Notes under the pieces: generated by a model
What the model was told of the DNA's origin: nothing
Databases searched by the model: none
Seen by the model: the letters and a program-made list of their open reading frames with translations, nothing else
In this document: positions 39,854-52,485 of the stretch, in pieces
Layout of the letters: each line of letters begins with the position of its first letter
How positions within the stretch are numbered: the first letter of the stretch is position 1
Position numbers and translations under genes: made by a program
Source of the DNA: Dicyema japonicum
Taxonomy: Eukaryota; Animalia; Dicyemida
Assembly (NCBI GenBank): GCA_011109175.1
Contig: RDEW01000050.1
Coordinates: 150,694 to 214,693, forward strand
Direction of reading: 5' to 3'
DNA: 64,000 nucleotides

Positions 39854-41490
39854 ACCTAAACGACCAAAATCGAGCCACGAGCTAGCAAAAATATACCTAA
39901 AAAAGATTAAAGACTTAAAAAATAATTGATCAATTAATTCATCGAGGAACGGGAAATTGCCATTGACCACGTTGAAATCTCATATTTCAATTCTGGTCGA
40001 CAACTTGTCTGTAGATTGTGAGAAGCATTGCTTCCAAGAGTTTTTAATATATTTTTTAGGATTCTCTTCATCACTGCTGAGACACGATTTTCCACATGTT
40101 TGCTGGAAGTCCCTGGTCAAACATGACTCCAAGAATATGCATTATTGACTAGAATTGTTAAAAAAGAGTCTTGGTTTGACATTTTAGTCTCTTTTACACG
40201 TGGTAAACAAAGTTAAAACAACTTGGTTTGAGAAATCTCAACAGTGGGGTTACAGCGTCAAGGATTTTTTGTAATACCCCAATGTCAGCTTGGAATCTCA
40301 GGATTTATTTATTTTTATTTATTTTAATAACACGGGGAACACCATGAAAGAAAGACAAAAGAGTCAAACAGTTAGGTGATCCCAGTCCCGCGCCATTCAA
40401 CGTCTGTGATCTTCCATTGTCCCCGCTACTTTCCGGAAGAGCCTTCTCTCGGTCTTGCAGAGGAATCCGATCGGGGAGGGGAATTTCCTATCCAATCGGT
40501 TTTTTCTTGCCATGGAAATGATCAGGCGAAGCGGGTTTCCATCTTGCTCACAGACGCGAAGAAATCCGGAACCACGACTACTGGTCTTAGCTTCCATGAG
40601 TAGTGGGTCGACTGTTGATTCATTACGTGGGCAAAGCATACTGATGGTTTTCTGATGTATTGTGGACCATAATCTCCGATAGCGCGAATCTCCATGGCAT
40701 ACTCAACGGCTGGCGCGATTGTTTGTTGGTAGAGGGTAGAAACAGAAAAGTCCATATTCCTCGGAGTCCTCCGGACAAGGGCGCATAAACGTTAATTTTC
40801 TGGATGCCACTGGTAATCATGTCTTTTGCGTGGGAGTTAAAATTGACTAGACTGTCGTACTTGATTCCAAGGACAGTGGAAGACCTCGTCAATGGAATCC
40901 GAGTGGGACCAATAAAGATACTCAGTTCATCCTTAGAACGACGGTCCGAAGTGAAAATAATACAAATAGACTTGGTTGCAGAAATCGTAAGTCGATTGGA
41001 GAATGTTCAATTTTGCCTGAGTCTTAAAGGATGCGACTTGCGTCGAACGGGCTCGTATTGCAATGACTACATCGTCTGCGTAGGATAATAACAGGGAATC
41101 TTCGTCTCCAACATTAGGTAAGTCGTGTATGAATAAGTTGAATAGAATTGGTGAAAGTGGAGACCCCTGGGGTACCCAGTTCGGTAGTAATCGTGATCTA
41201 GATCTGAGATCACCACTGACTACTCTTCCACATCTTCCAGACAAAAAGTTGGTCAGCCATAATTTCACATTCGGACAAATATTGTAGAAATTTTTCCAAC
41301 CAGGATTTTCCTCGAAACAGTGTCAAAGGCTTTGTTGATGTCAATAGAAACCAAGATTAGCGTTGTGAGGCGGGGATGGCTATTAAACCGTCGGCAATGA
41401 ACTGCGATAGGGTAGCCAAGTATGTAGCGGTGGACCTACCGCGGAGAAACCATGTTGAAATATGGAAGATTCGGAATAATGACTGATAAT

Positions 41491-43379
41491 TAGGGCAATT
41501 TAAGTGCTAAAATGCTATTTTTATTTTTTATACTTTTTTAAATATACAATTGAATTTGGAATAATTATTTTTTAATTTTGTTAAAAAAAACATACATTAT
41601 AAATGCTATAAGTGCTATTTTTAATTTTAAATGCTAATTTTTGTTTAAATGCTAATTTAAATTGCAGTTAATAATGTGTTTACGGATTCCGAAATTCGCG
41701 GAGCACTCCTTCGGCTGAATAACAACAGAGCAGTTGGCTATGACAATATTTGTGGGGAGTTGTTAAAATACGCACCAACCCAGCTAGCAGGAAAGATAAC
41801 TTTCATATTCAACGAGATATTCAGGACTAATTGTTCAATTGACATCGCGATGGGAGTTCTACTTCCTTTACAAAAACCTGGCAAACCTGCAGGTCTAATT
41901 GAAAATTTCAAACCGATCGTGCTTTTGACCATTTGCGAAAAACATTGTCGATTACAACATTGAATCGAATATCAAATTCAGATGACCAATACTTTGTCAC
42001 CAAGTCAAAGCGGATTCAGAGGAAAATCAACTGCTGATATAGTATGGAGTCATCGTAGCTTACGCAATATGTAAGAAGTACAAAAACAATATATACTCTG
42101 GGAGTCGACTAATCAAAATCATTCGACTGTGTCTGCGAGATAAACTACTGCAAGCTCTCAAGGACATAATTGATGAGGACTGTTTGATGATTGTGCGTTT
42201 TTTGCTGCTGACACGAGCCTCATAGTGAAAGTGGGGAAGGGCTATTCGGAAAATATTCACGACCGGCATTGGTATTCCGCAAGGGACTCGCTTTCGCCAG
42301 TTCACCTTGCAATCTATTTGGAAGCTGCGTTGAGGACGTTAGGAAAGAATTAGGTCACTTAAATAATCATTTTGTGGAATTAATGTATGCTGATGACATC
42401 GATTTTGTGTCTGAGATGTGGTGGTAATAAGAACTGTAATAGATAGCCACAACAGTTCTGGAGAGGTGGTCTTTGAAGATCAATTCAGAAAAACAGAGTT
42501 AACTTCGATTCAGCGGTTCCGACACGGATTGATAAGAAATGGAAGTTTACTAAAAGGCTCGGCTCGTTTTTGGGTGATGCTGAGGACATTGCTCGCAGAA
42601 AGATGTTGGCATCGTGTGCACTGAAAAGATGTGGAGTATTTGAACTCGCAGAAAACTTATCTCCTTAAATCTTCGGATGTGCTTATATAGCGCGTTCATA
42701 CAACCAGTCCTATTATAACTGGGGAACATGGGGAACATCAAAAACGGACCGTGACTGACTAGACACATTTCATAGAAATCAATTGAAAAATTGCGGGAAT
42801 TAAATGGCCACAGATTATCAAAAAAGACACTCTCAACAAATTATGTAAATGCAAACCGATAAGCAGAGAAGTAATTACCTCACGCTGGCGACTTATCGGA
42901 CATGTTCTGAGAATGGACGAAGTGATTCCTTGCAATCAAATGATGGAAGATTAGTATTATACAAGGACTACATTTTGATAATGACAAGGTAAATATCAAA
43001 AATTATATAAATAAAAGAATGGAGGAAAATGGATTTAAACTTATTATTGAAATGACTGAACCAAAAATTAGCCAACAAGATTTTTTTTCTCTTTCACGCT
43101 GTCAGGCATCCTTTGCATCTGTTGAAAGAGCTATTAAAATGCTAAAAAATATTAAAAAAAAAATAGGAACTTCCATCCAGACAATATCAGGCATTAACTT
43201 TTATAATATTACAATAAATAAAATTTAAATGTTATATTTTATTAGTTTAAGTTATAGATTTGACAAATTTAAATGCTAGATTTTATCATTTTAAGTGCTA
43301 ACTTTTTAATTATAATTGCTAGATTTTGTGATTTTTTAGCGCTAAAAATTTTTTTAAGTGCTAGAAACAACTTGCCCTA
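41491..43379 (+). mobile_element. Non-autonomous hAT deletion derivative containing an RTE-like LINE fragment
   Basis: TIR tagggcaa / ttgcccta; perfect 8-bp TSD ctgataat at 41483-41490 and 43380-43387; hAT dimerisation remnant QASFASVERAIKML at 43019-43228. Confidence 0.85.
41676..42960 (+). mobile_element. RTE-like LINE RT fragment
   Basis: RAVGYDNICGELLKY, QKPGK, QSGFRG.STAD, MYADDIDF, RWRLIGHVLRM. Confidence 0.8.
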
Positions 43380-43879
43380 CTGATAATACAAGTTTCTCCA
43401 TAATTTGTGACAGTGAGCTGGTAACGGAGATAGGCCTGTAGAAGGCAGGTTCTGTCTCTGGTTTCCCAGCCTTCAATATCGGTCTGATGATAGAATTCTT
43501 CTAAATCTTGGGAATAATATTATAGTTAATGGGCAGGTTGTACATTTGCGTGAGGTAGCCAAATGCGTAGTGGCTTAGGTGTTTTAGGTGAATAGAAGAT
43601 ACTTTGTCAGCGTGCGCCTGTGAGCTCATTAATCTGGTGATAACATCCAAGACTTGGTCATCTAAGAATAGTTCGTGGTAAGGTTCCTTCTTCGGTTTAT
43701 GGGCACGCACTTGAATGTCCAGGTGTTTTGAGAAGGTTTTGAAGCTAATTCCAGCGTAATGTTTCATAAGGGTGTTAGGATGTAAGTGGCATAAGTGTTC
43801 AGGAGAAGGCTTCCGGTTCCGTCTGCATCATCCAGCAAACACATCGACAACGTCATCTCTTCGGCACAACGAAAGCTAA

Positions 43880-45010
43880 ATTTTGTTAAAACACTCCTTG
43901 GACATTATAAGGGTGTTTCAACTCAAATTTGGACTCGCTCTACGTGCAGTATATTCAACCGTCTCTAACTTACGGGTGTGCTTCATGGGGAACCAACCTA
44001 TCAAACAGGAATATAGAAAAAATCAATACCTTCCAAAAATGGCTAGTAAGGTTTTGCAAAGGTTTTCTTGGACACCTCTAAACCCTACACCTTTTGAGGA
44101 ATTAGTGAGGAAAACCGGAGCCTTACTACCCTCCAAAAAAGTTAGAAACCCCCGCCCAATCCGGAAATGCGTTGGAACCCAGGAAGAACACCGAGCAAGA
44201 ATGAGATGGCTACTCGAGGCGGCCGGAATCACCTGACGGCTATGTAGTTATTTAATTTGTCAGTGATTTTTGGTTTTTAATAAAAATTTGGTGTCAGCTT
44301 CAAGTAGAGGGAGTGGAGCATGGCTTGGTGCAATACCATGCCCAAACCTCGGGACCTTTTTGGACGACGATTCTTTGAGGATTGGAATCGGACAAAGGCT
44401 GGGACTAGACGTTTGCCAGGAGCACCGATGCCGATACGGGAAAACAGTCGATGTGAAAGGATTGCACCCGCTGTCCTGCAGAAGAAGCGCCGGAAAGGGA
44501 CCACGTCATGCTGCTCTGAATGATGTGATCGTCAGAGCTCTGAAGGCTTCAGGCTTCCCAGCACAGCTTGAACCAGTGGGTCTTGATCGAGGAGATGGGA
44601 AGAGACCTGACGGGATGACCCTTTTCCCTTCACGTCTGGAAGATCTTTGGTCTGGGACGCAACTTGCATAGACACGTTCTCAAGCACGAACATTTTTAAA
44701 TGTGTTCAGACACCTGGAGCAGCTGCTTCGACTGCGGAAAACCTAAAAATCAAAAAATATTCTTGCCTCGGGGATCGCTACCGATTTACTCCTGTTGCGA
44801 CCGAATCATCGGGAGCCGTTGGTCCAACGACGGCTGAATTCTTGCAAGAACTCGGAGGATTGCTTGCCAGAAAGAAAAGGGATCAACGAGAAGGGTTATG
44901 GCTAAGACAAAAGATTGGAATAGCCATACTCCGAGGGAACTCGTTCGCAATCCACGCAGCAGGCTTCCTCAACTGACATTTGTTTAATTGTTAAAAAAAA
45001 TTTTTGTTAA
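43880..45010 (+). mobile_element. LINE 3' fragment (43880-44260) followed by a CRE-like 3' fragment (44270-45010)
   Basis: WLLEAAGIT* C-terminus; [21 protein letters not shown]. Confidence 0.85.
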
Positions 45011-45029
45011 AAAAAAAATAATCCAGCTC

Positions 45030-46340
45030 CGACTTGACTTGTTTAAGAGTTTTCGAGAAATGTCGGGATGAACTTTACCTGTCCAGCTGGTTAACTAGAT
45101 GCTGCCATCTCTTGTCCTTGTGTTCTTTTGTGCTCTGACAGATCTTTTTATTTAGTTTTCTGAGGGCTGTCTAAGACTTCAGGTTCATCAGATGGCACTT
45201 CTTCAACCGGTCTCTTTGTTTTATAAGATTTATTGTATAAGAGTTGAGGGTAGGAATAAACTTCTTTTATGACGATACAGGAATAAAAATATGGTCAGCT
45301 TTCTGAATGACAGCGCTGATAATTTCTGCGGCCTCGTTAATAGAGCGTATTGGGGAAGATAATCTCCGGGTCAAGAATTTATCCACAAGGTTACTGAAAC
45401 CGGACCAGTCTACCTTCGTATAATCCTTGAATCTTTTTGATTCCATCGGCCGTCTCCTGTATCGTCGAAGACCTCTCAATTTTAAAGGATTGGATTGTGG
45501 TTATTGGAGAAGCCATAAAAGACGTTCCAGGAAATGTGTCCAGCCAGGGAAGGTGAGGATAGTGTTAAGTCGGGGGATGTGCAGCTATCAGTCATCCTTA
45601 ATGGAGTCCTCGTATGTGAGTTAGGGTTGTTCAGTATAATCAGGTCAGGAAGATAATTTGCAATAAATTCTCCTCTGTTATCAGAGGATTGGGAAGTGAG
45701 CCAAACTGGATATCGTGCATTAAGATCCCCACATAACAGTAGATTTTTCAATGTTGAAATACGTGATAAATCAGGGGTGTAAGATGTCGGACACGATCCT
45801 TGTGGAGGAATATATGAATTAGCCAAATGGATTCTAAAGGACGGGAATAACTCCATTTTGACAGTAATCTTCTCCAAAGTCTTGTCGGTGCCAATAAGCT
45901 CTGAGGTTCGTTGAGTTGTATCTATAAAGGGAATATCGTTCTTTATAATGATAAGTAGTCCTCCTCCTTGACGATCTTTACGGATCACTGTGTATCTGAG
46001 AAAAGAAGGTGTTGGTACGGAGGGAGATAGCTTGGACTCCTGTATTAAAGCGAGATCAGCCCAATTTTCGCGGAGGAGTGCCCGGAGTTCGAGATTTTCC
46101 TCCTGATCCCATTCGTATTCAGTTGTATAATTGGCAAATCTCTTCATGGCCCAGGATTGGTTTCGACGTCTCCGCATAAAAGAATCAGAAGTCTGGACAA
46201 ATGACGACACCAGATAGGGTCGAAGACAAACGAGTTGAGGAAACCACCTGACGGTATGGAGAAGCTGTTGGCTCGTTTCGTTCCTTTTTGGAATGGGTGA
46301 CACCATTTCTGGTGAGCCACATGAAACCACGCTACAACAT
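45030..46340 (-). mobile_element. 5' half of a single-ORF Ingi/Vingi-like LINE: short leader, 2A peptide, AP endonuclease
   Basis: IIQLNTNGI, ALIQESKL, GGGLLIII, YIPPQGSC, LCGDLNA, SPDLTL. Confidence 0.8.
46147..46200 (-). other. 2A-like StopGo (ribosome-skipping) peptide coding sequence
   Basis: Translates to LSRLLILLCGDVETNPGP, an exact D(V/I)ExNPGP match preceded by a hydrophobic helix. Confidence 0.85.
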
Positions 46341-47974
46341 TTTGTCAAGATTTATTTTAATATAAAATTGAAAAATGATTATCACGAACAGTGGGAATTT
46401 ATTTTATTTAAATTAAATATAATTTTAAATTGAATAAAAGTTTTTAATATTTTATAAATTCAATAATAGTAAGTGATCTGTACTTTCTGTTGTGTTTTGT
46501 GAGAGAAATCGAGAATTATGAACATATTTTTTCTGTTTTGTCTTTTATTCTCTTTAAAATCTCGTTTGTTGGTATCTAAGAGTATTTTAAATGAAACAAT
46601 ATACAAAGGGATGGAGTTTCTCATAGAATACTCATTATACAACGTCGCCAACGAGTAATTTTGTTGCAAAAATCTAGATCTCTATTTGACGTCGAATTTC
46701 GTGATCCGTCGTTGGATGACCCAGAATTTTCAGTCGTCGATGGAACGATTTCTCAAAAGTGGAGTATCCTCGAGCCGTTTCATATATATAACTAAAGCTG
46801 TAGGAACTCCACAACATCCAAAGTCGTCAAAGTATCCGTGATTTCTTCAGGACTTCACAGTTTTAATCCAGCGGTGGTCTCTTACCGAATTGGGGACGAG
46901 GATCTCTCAGTATATCTGATTTTGATGAGTAGACTCACTATTCGTCGATTTCTGATGAATTCTATGTACTGTCTGTGCCTGATTATCAGAAATATGTAAT
47001 GACCCACGTGGTTTGTATTGTTATGTTTATTTTAGACTGAGTGGACTTTATATGGAGTTCTTGTAGTTATTACTACTGGAATTCCCTTAATGGTGTGGAA
47101 AAAGTCTGTCTTCCTTTACTAATTTGACTGATTTAGATTTTTGATTTAGTCTTGTCCTCCGTTATTACTTATGTTTTAAGTTGATCTCTGGTATCTTCTA
47201 AGATTACATTTTGAAGTATTTTAAGATTACCCCATGTCGCCTGATAGGGACAAAAACAAGATGCCGACACCCATGTAGATCCTAATCCGAATGAATAACG
47301 GAGGAGGCCTAATATAACGTGATCAGGAGAAAACCCGACCCCAACAGCTTATGTAGGATCGAGGGAGGAGCTGAGAGCCTAGATTAAATTTGTCGGGATC
47401 ACTTGGTTTGTTTTTTCGGTTTAACGGTGTTCTTTGAATAAAGATTTGGATGGAAGAAATTCGAACTCAGCATCCAACATTTCCTTTGTTCAGAACTTTG
47501 GATTTCTGATGTCTTCTGAGTCCATAGACTTGTCCATTCTTACGAGAAGACAAGAACTTTCATCTATAATGAAGAATAGAAATTTCGTAAAATAGAGACA
47601 CGTCACCACCGCCATCACTTGGATAACTGGTTTTGTTTTTAATAATAAATTTTAATAGTTTTATTATGTATAACTGGCATCGATTAAGTTTCCCCAAGTA
47701 TCCCTATGTTTTGTAAAATGTTTAGGATAAGCTATCGAATGAGAGATTCTTGACATTGTAACCTTAGCTCAGTTTAAATTTATTTGATCATGAGTAACGT
47801 GATTAATATATTTAGTAACATTGATTTAATGGGCTTATAATGAACATGATGCTGTTACTTTTAATTTGGACAAAATAGTGTCCAAACTCGTAAAGTCTAT
47901 AATTAACATTATTGGTTTCAAATCATTTTAATAAAACATAATAAAATAAACAAAAAAATCATACAGCGACCTCC

Positions 47975-48760
47975 CTGACACCGTGACTATTACCTCTCAG
48001 AATGGCGAACAAGATTCCCTCAAATAGCCAGCAGCGCTCACGGAGACCTACTCTTCGTACAGAACTCCGATTTCCTAATTGACTCCTGCGACAACTAGTA
48101 AGTTTAAAACTCCAAATCTGATTCCACTGTCCGCTTCCTTTTTACTAGTAGCTGGTTTCCAACAAATTGGTGAGGCTGGGGTAATATGCCAGAGCAGTAC
48201 CAGAATAGTTCCTGATCCCCCTTCCATGTGGTCCAATAAAACGTTCGTGTCCTTGATGTACCCCAGCTTTAGCATTCCAATCACCAGCGATAAAGAGGAA
48301 CGATGAAAACTTCAGAGAAGATACGACCTCGACAAGTTCTTCGTAAAAACGTCCAATTCCTCTGGGTTTTTGGCAACACAGCCACTGTGTGGAGCGTACA
48401 CGTTCACAATGGAAATTAGTTGCCTGGACTTCCCTTTGGGTCCAATAAGAAATTGAATAACACATATCCTGTCATCAATTTTCCAATATCGATGTAATCT
48501 GGGGAGCAAATTCTTATGAACAGCGAAACCCTGTCCATAGTGTTTACAGTATGATGGAAGGAGGATTAGTCTGTAGTCTCCAAGGTTTTCATCGAGTACT
48601 TTTCTGAGCTTCGTCTCTTGGAGACAGCAAACAGAGCATCCATATTTTGCAAGGTCCAGACATAGTTGGTGCCTCTTCGACCAGTCATTAAGGCCCCTGG
48701 CATTGAAGGCAAGGGTAGAAAACCAGAAAGGATTATTCAAATACGTATTAGACATATGTG
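47975..48760 (-). mobile_element. RTE-like LINE endonuclease fragment (48075-48760) and CRE 3' tip (47975-48070)
   Basis: TLAFNARGL, CLQETK, IVNVYAP, AGDWNAK; AILRGNSH. Confidence 0.75.
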
Positions 48761-48939
48761 CTATAGAGGGACGTCACCACCTCAACCAAAAAATGCACTA
48801 GCCATCCAGAAAATTCAGCAATATTTACTTTTGTGTCAAAATATAGTTATATCCTTTTTAATTTTTAATATAAATTTAATTATTATATAAAATTTAAATA
48901 AAATAACAAAAGCCGCTCTTAATTTTTATTGTTTTAGTG

Positions 48940-50217
48940 ATGCCTTCCTGCTGCAAGACAATAAGTATCATACCTAAGTTATTAATCCGTATGATTAAAT
49001 ATACATTTATACATAGAATTACAAAACTCCATCATCTTCCTTAAAGGAGAGCTTGAAAAGTCACAAACTGAGAAGACTCATGCAGAAGCTCTTCTTGAAC
49101 ATTGCCAGTTAGTCTAAATCTCTATAAATTAGGAAGCAATTGCGTGTGGAAATTTCCCGGTCGAATACCTATGCTGAGGAAATTAGCAGAATGGTCTTTA
49201 ATGCATAGTTACTCGTAGAAGTCTAAAGTTGACTCTAAATTGGAGACTCCGAATGACGTGACATTTGACATCTCCTTCGATAACGACCAATCAGATAATT
49301 CTACTCCCAAGAGACAATGTGTCGTATTTGATTTACCTCAGCAAGAGGTCTTATCAGTAAAGGAACCAGACCTCTCCGTGACTCCAAGTCTACTGAATTC
49401 TTACCTGTAGAACCAAAAAAGGACAAAATTTCTAATATTTTGAACTCTGCCAAGAAAATGATGCGGAAGGGAGCCGCTCTACCAAACACAATATCGGTAA
49501 TGTCGTAAAAGTAGTTCAGATGGAGTCCTTGAACATGAAGGTGAATGGACCGCCTTATGTGCCCCCTGCCATCGTAGCCTGCATGGCTGAGATCGAGTCA
49601 CGTGGGAAGATGAGCAGTAGATTACACATGAATGTCGGGTAATTTGTTAAAATGACACAAAGATCTACGAAGGAGGTGATGAAGCTACAGAAGAAACTTC
49701 ACAAAGTCGACGACATGAACTCTTTGGTTGATTGGTTTTTTATTGCAGCTGGCTGGTAAGTCCTTGGACGTTATCTCCACGTGTATGAAGCAGCTGATCA
49801 GTTACGTGTCAGAACCACTCGTCACGGATTTCTTCAGAATAAAATTTCTCGATTTATTGAGTAAGTGGATGACCTCAGTCTAGAACTTGGCAAGGGGGAC
49901 GTCTCAAAGAAGCTAGAGGATATTTGTCGCTCCCTGTCAGAAGTGAATCGTGATACCCTGGCTTTCCTGATAATCCACCTGACCAGGTTTCTTATGTTCT
50001 TTACGGTAGAGTGGCCGAGTTTGAAGACTGCAAGACGTCAGGAGATGATCTGTGCTCTGTGTTTGCCCCGATTGTGATGGAATCTTCGATTAAAACTGAC
50101 TCGATAACCTTGCATCACAAGAGGTACAAGGACATACAGGTGATGAAGCTCCTGATGGGACAGTCTTACGGGTTTTGGTGCTCTGTTATGAAAACTGGTT
50201 CTGATGGTTCAAGTTAG
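48940..50217 (+). CDS. RACGAP1: RACGAP1/MgcRacGAP/CYK-4-like protein, about 9 micro-introns; no C1 domain, arginine finger replaced by Met
   Basis: Coiled coil LLEHCRKQLRVEISR (cf. LKHARNQVDVEIKR); DISFD motif; VPPAIVACMAEIESRG; NRDTLAFLIIHLTRVA; VFAPIV. Confidence 0.8.
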
Positions 50218-50399
50218 TGTTTTTGTTATTCTAAAGTGGGTAGATGTGGGATTCTTGGAAGATATCTTTCTAGACACGTGTAATAATTTATTATTAGTCA
50301 ATACAAATTCTTAATTTATACTATTCCTGCATTTTCGATAAGATTGGCTTTATTTTCTGATTTGAAAAACGTTGAAGCCAATTCTTTCGTTCTGTTGAA

Positions 50400-50830
50400 G
50401 ATGATATTATCTTATCCAGTGTGCATTTGTAACAATACTTAAGCTGCCATGAACATTTCCCTTCTTACCTTGAATTATTAAGACCACCTAAAATTAATAA
50501 CTAACAATCTGTTCCTACTACATTGAATCATTTGGTGGAGATGTTTCCGCAACATTATATGGATTTGTCGGGTGGTGCAGTGTAACGACATGATAGCCCC
50601 TAGTTCGAATCTCGATGCTGTACATTCAAGTGAAGGTTCCACGCATGTAGGATTCTTTGGCTTGACGAGTGACGCCGTCATCAGTGAAAATATCACTGGG
50701 GTACCAGATCGTCTATATAGGACATACACCCAACAAAATAGGTTAAGATCATTCCTCATCGATTAGATATGATAACTGTTCTTTGCTTAAAATACGGTGT
50801 GAGTTCTCTCTGAGGGGATAATCAATTATC
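50400..50830 (-). mobile_element. L2/Daphne/Crack-like LINE RT remnant (copy B)
   Basis: YFVGCMSYIDDLV, DIFTDDGVTRQAKESYMRG; homologous to 14605-14780. Confidence 0.5.
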
Positions 50831-50999
50831 CTCATCTCAGACGATCGAGGAGCTGGACGGAATTTGAACTATAAACCTTGTGTATCCAACCCTTGTTTAG
50901 CTCTGAAACATCGTGAACATGAATCTGTCATATCGTCCATGCACATAAAAAGAGAAGGACGAAGGGTGTGAAAGTACAAACTTCCGTCTGATTTTTTAT

Positions 51000-51480
51000 A
51001 TTTATTAATTCCGGATACACCAAGAAAGTTAACAATAATTAATAAATTAAGTGTATTTGTTCATACGGTCACACAACCAGAACCAAAGGAAAGAAGGAAC
51101 CATAATCACTAGGCTACAAAGTTAGCAGCCTTTTTATTTATTTAAATAAAAAAAGGGTCTCTATTTACAGCCTTCTTTTTAATGTCCTTAAAAACCTTTT
51201 GATTCTACGGTCGCGTGGTGCCATGTGTTGCAATGTGGTTAATTGATTGAAGATTTCTTTCTTCTCTGGTGGCGTCATTGAATCCATCTTACTCAGGAGA
51301 CGCCCAATGCCCGCCAGGTATTCAAAAATCCATCTATTCATTCCACAATTTCGTTCCCTGGCGACGACTTCTAAAATCGACCTCACCTCCCCGGACAACG
51401 TTTTTTGGATCACTGTGTTTGGAGAAGGTTCTGTAATAACCCGCCAGGATCAAAAAATTAGTTAGTTAGGTTTTAACCTT
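51000..51480 (-). mobile_element. Stacked LINE 3' end fragments
   Basis: C-terminal ORF 51165-51413; two 3' UTRs ending in a hairpin plus taaataa. Confidence 0.55.
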
Positions 51481-51691
51481 GGTCTTTGAATAATTCAATT
51501 TTAATTCATTGGTTAGGTGTGACCATGGACGGTGAAACCGCAGTTTGATTGTTTCTAACGCCGCATGGGTTTACGTATATTGGTTTACTATAAAGCCTCT
51601 GTTCTGTGTAATGTATAAAACTAATGGATAGAATAATTGTTTTAATTAATGAATTGTCATTTTAAATTATAAATTGTTGCCAAAGTAATTA

Positions 51692-52485
51692 ATGATTGGA
51701 AAAAACAGATATAAAAGTGCATGGACTCCGTTAAATCATAAGGAGACAAATTCCCAGGTTAATGTAAACTAATTGTAGATTTTCGACGAGAGATTCAACT
51801 TAATATCAAAATGGGTTGACTTGAGTGGTATAAATTAGATCAAATCTTGGAGTGGCAATCAAAGGAAGAGGTTGATCGATCAAATTTTTGAGACTGGAAC
51901 TGAATCAGAACTGAATTACCTAAAGGACTGTGTCGACGAAAAAATAAAAATAATCCACGACGACTTCACCCATCACCTCCCCCGTTCAATCTGCCTTGAA
52001 ATATTTAAGCACGTTGATCCACGAAGTCTGTGTCGATGTGCCGAGGTTTGGTGGTCCTTAAATTACCAGGTTTCTTGGTATTGGAATTATTTATCTTCAT
52101 TGGATGATGTCTGGAGGCCGAAATGTCTCGCTTTGAACTGGCAACTTCAATTCATGCCGACAAAATTTGAAACTAATTTATGGAAGAATTTATACAAGGA
52201 CAACATCTTGGCACTGAGGAACATGCATAACAAAGTCTCACGTTTGCATATCCTTAGTACATACAAGAGACCACAATTCGTAGAGAAATAAATGAAGATA
52301 GTATTTCCGTTAAGGAAGAAAAGAATTTGAAGGAAGTTAAGAGAATCCATTGGAGTCCGAACGCACCATGGAAAGTAACAGACAAGCATCCCGTAGAAAC
52401 ACGGAGGTTTAACTATTTTGATAACGACGAGTCCAAAATATCAAAGAAAACCAAAAATAGCTTTAAAATTGTTGATTCAAGATAG
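51692..52485 (+). CDS. FBXO16: F-box only protein 16, 4 micro-introns
   Basis: AWTPLNH..FDER..LISKW..W..QR; DFTHHLPR..LEIF..DPRSLCRCA; PW..DKHP....FNYFDN C-terminal motif. Confidence 0.9.

Larger units (their letters stand above)
40310..43870 (-). mobile_element. Ingi/Vingi-like LINE RT and 3' end, split by a hAT element
   Basis: MEKLVLSVIIPNLPY joins across the insertion; VPQGSPLSPILFN, LSYADDVVI; 3' gggatcac...ttattaaaataaataa. Confidence 0.8.

Noticed and set aside
46269-46319. Hammerhead-like fold in the leader of the 2A element (stem-GAAAC, flanking helix tggctc/gagcca)
   Set aside because: The essential CUGANGA core and NUH site are absent; cannot be supported without an intact copy
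46600-47620. Possible gag-like and Tc1-like remnants
   Set aside because: Too decayed to assign to any family
50567-50623. tRNA-like A box (tggtgcagtgt) and B box (agttcgaatct)
   Set aside because: The boxes are about 15 nt too close, there is no anticodon arm or acceptor stem, and it is embedded in LINE debris
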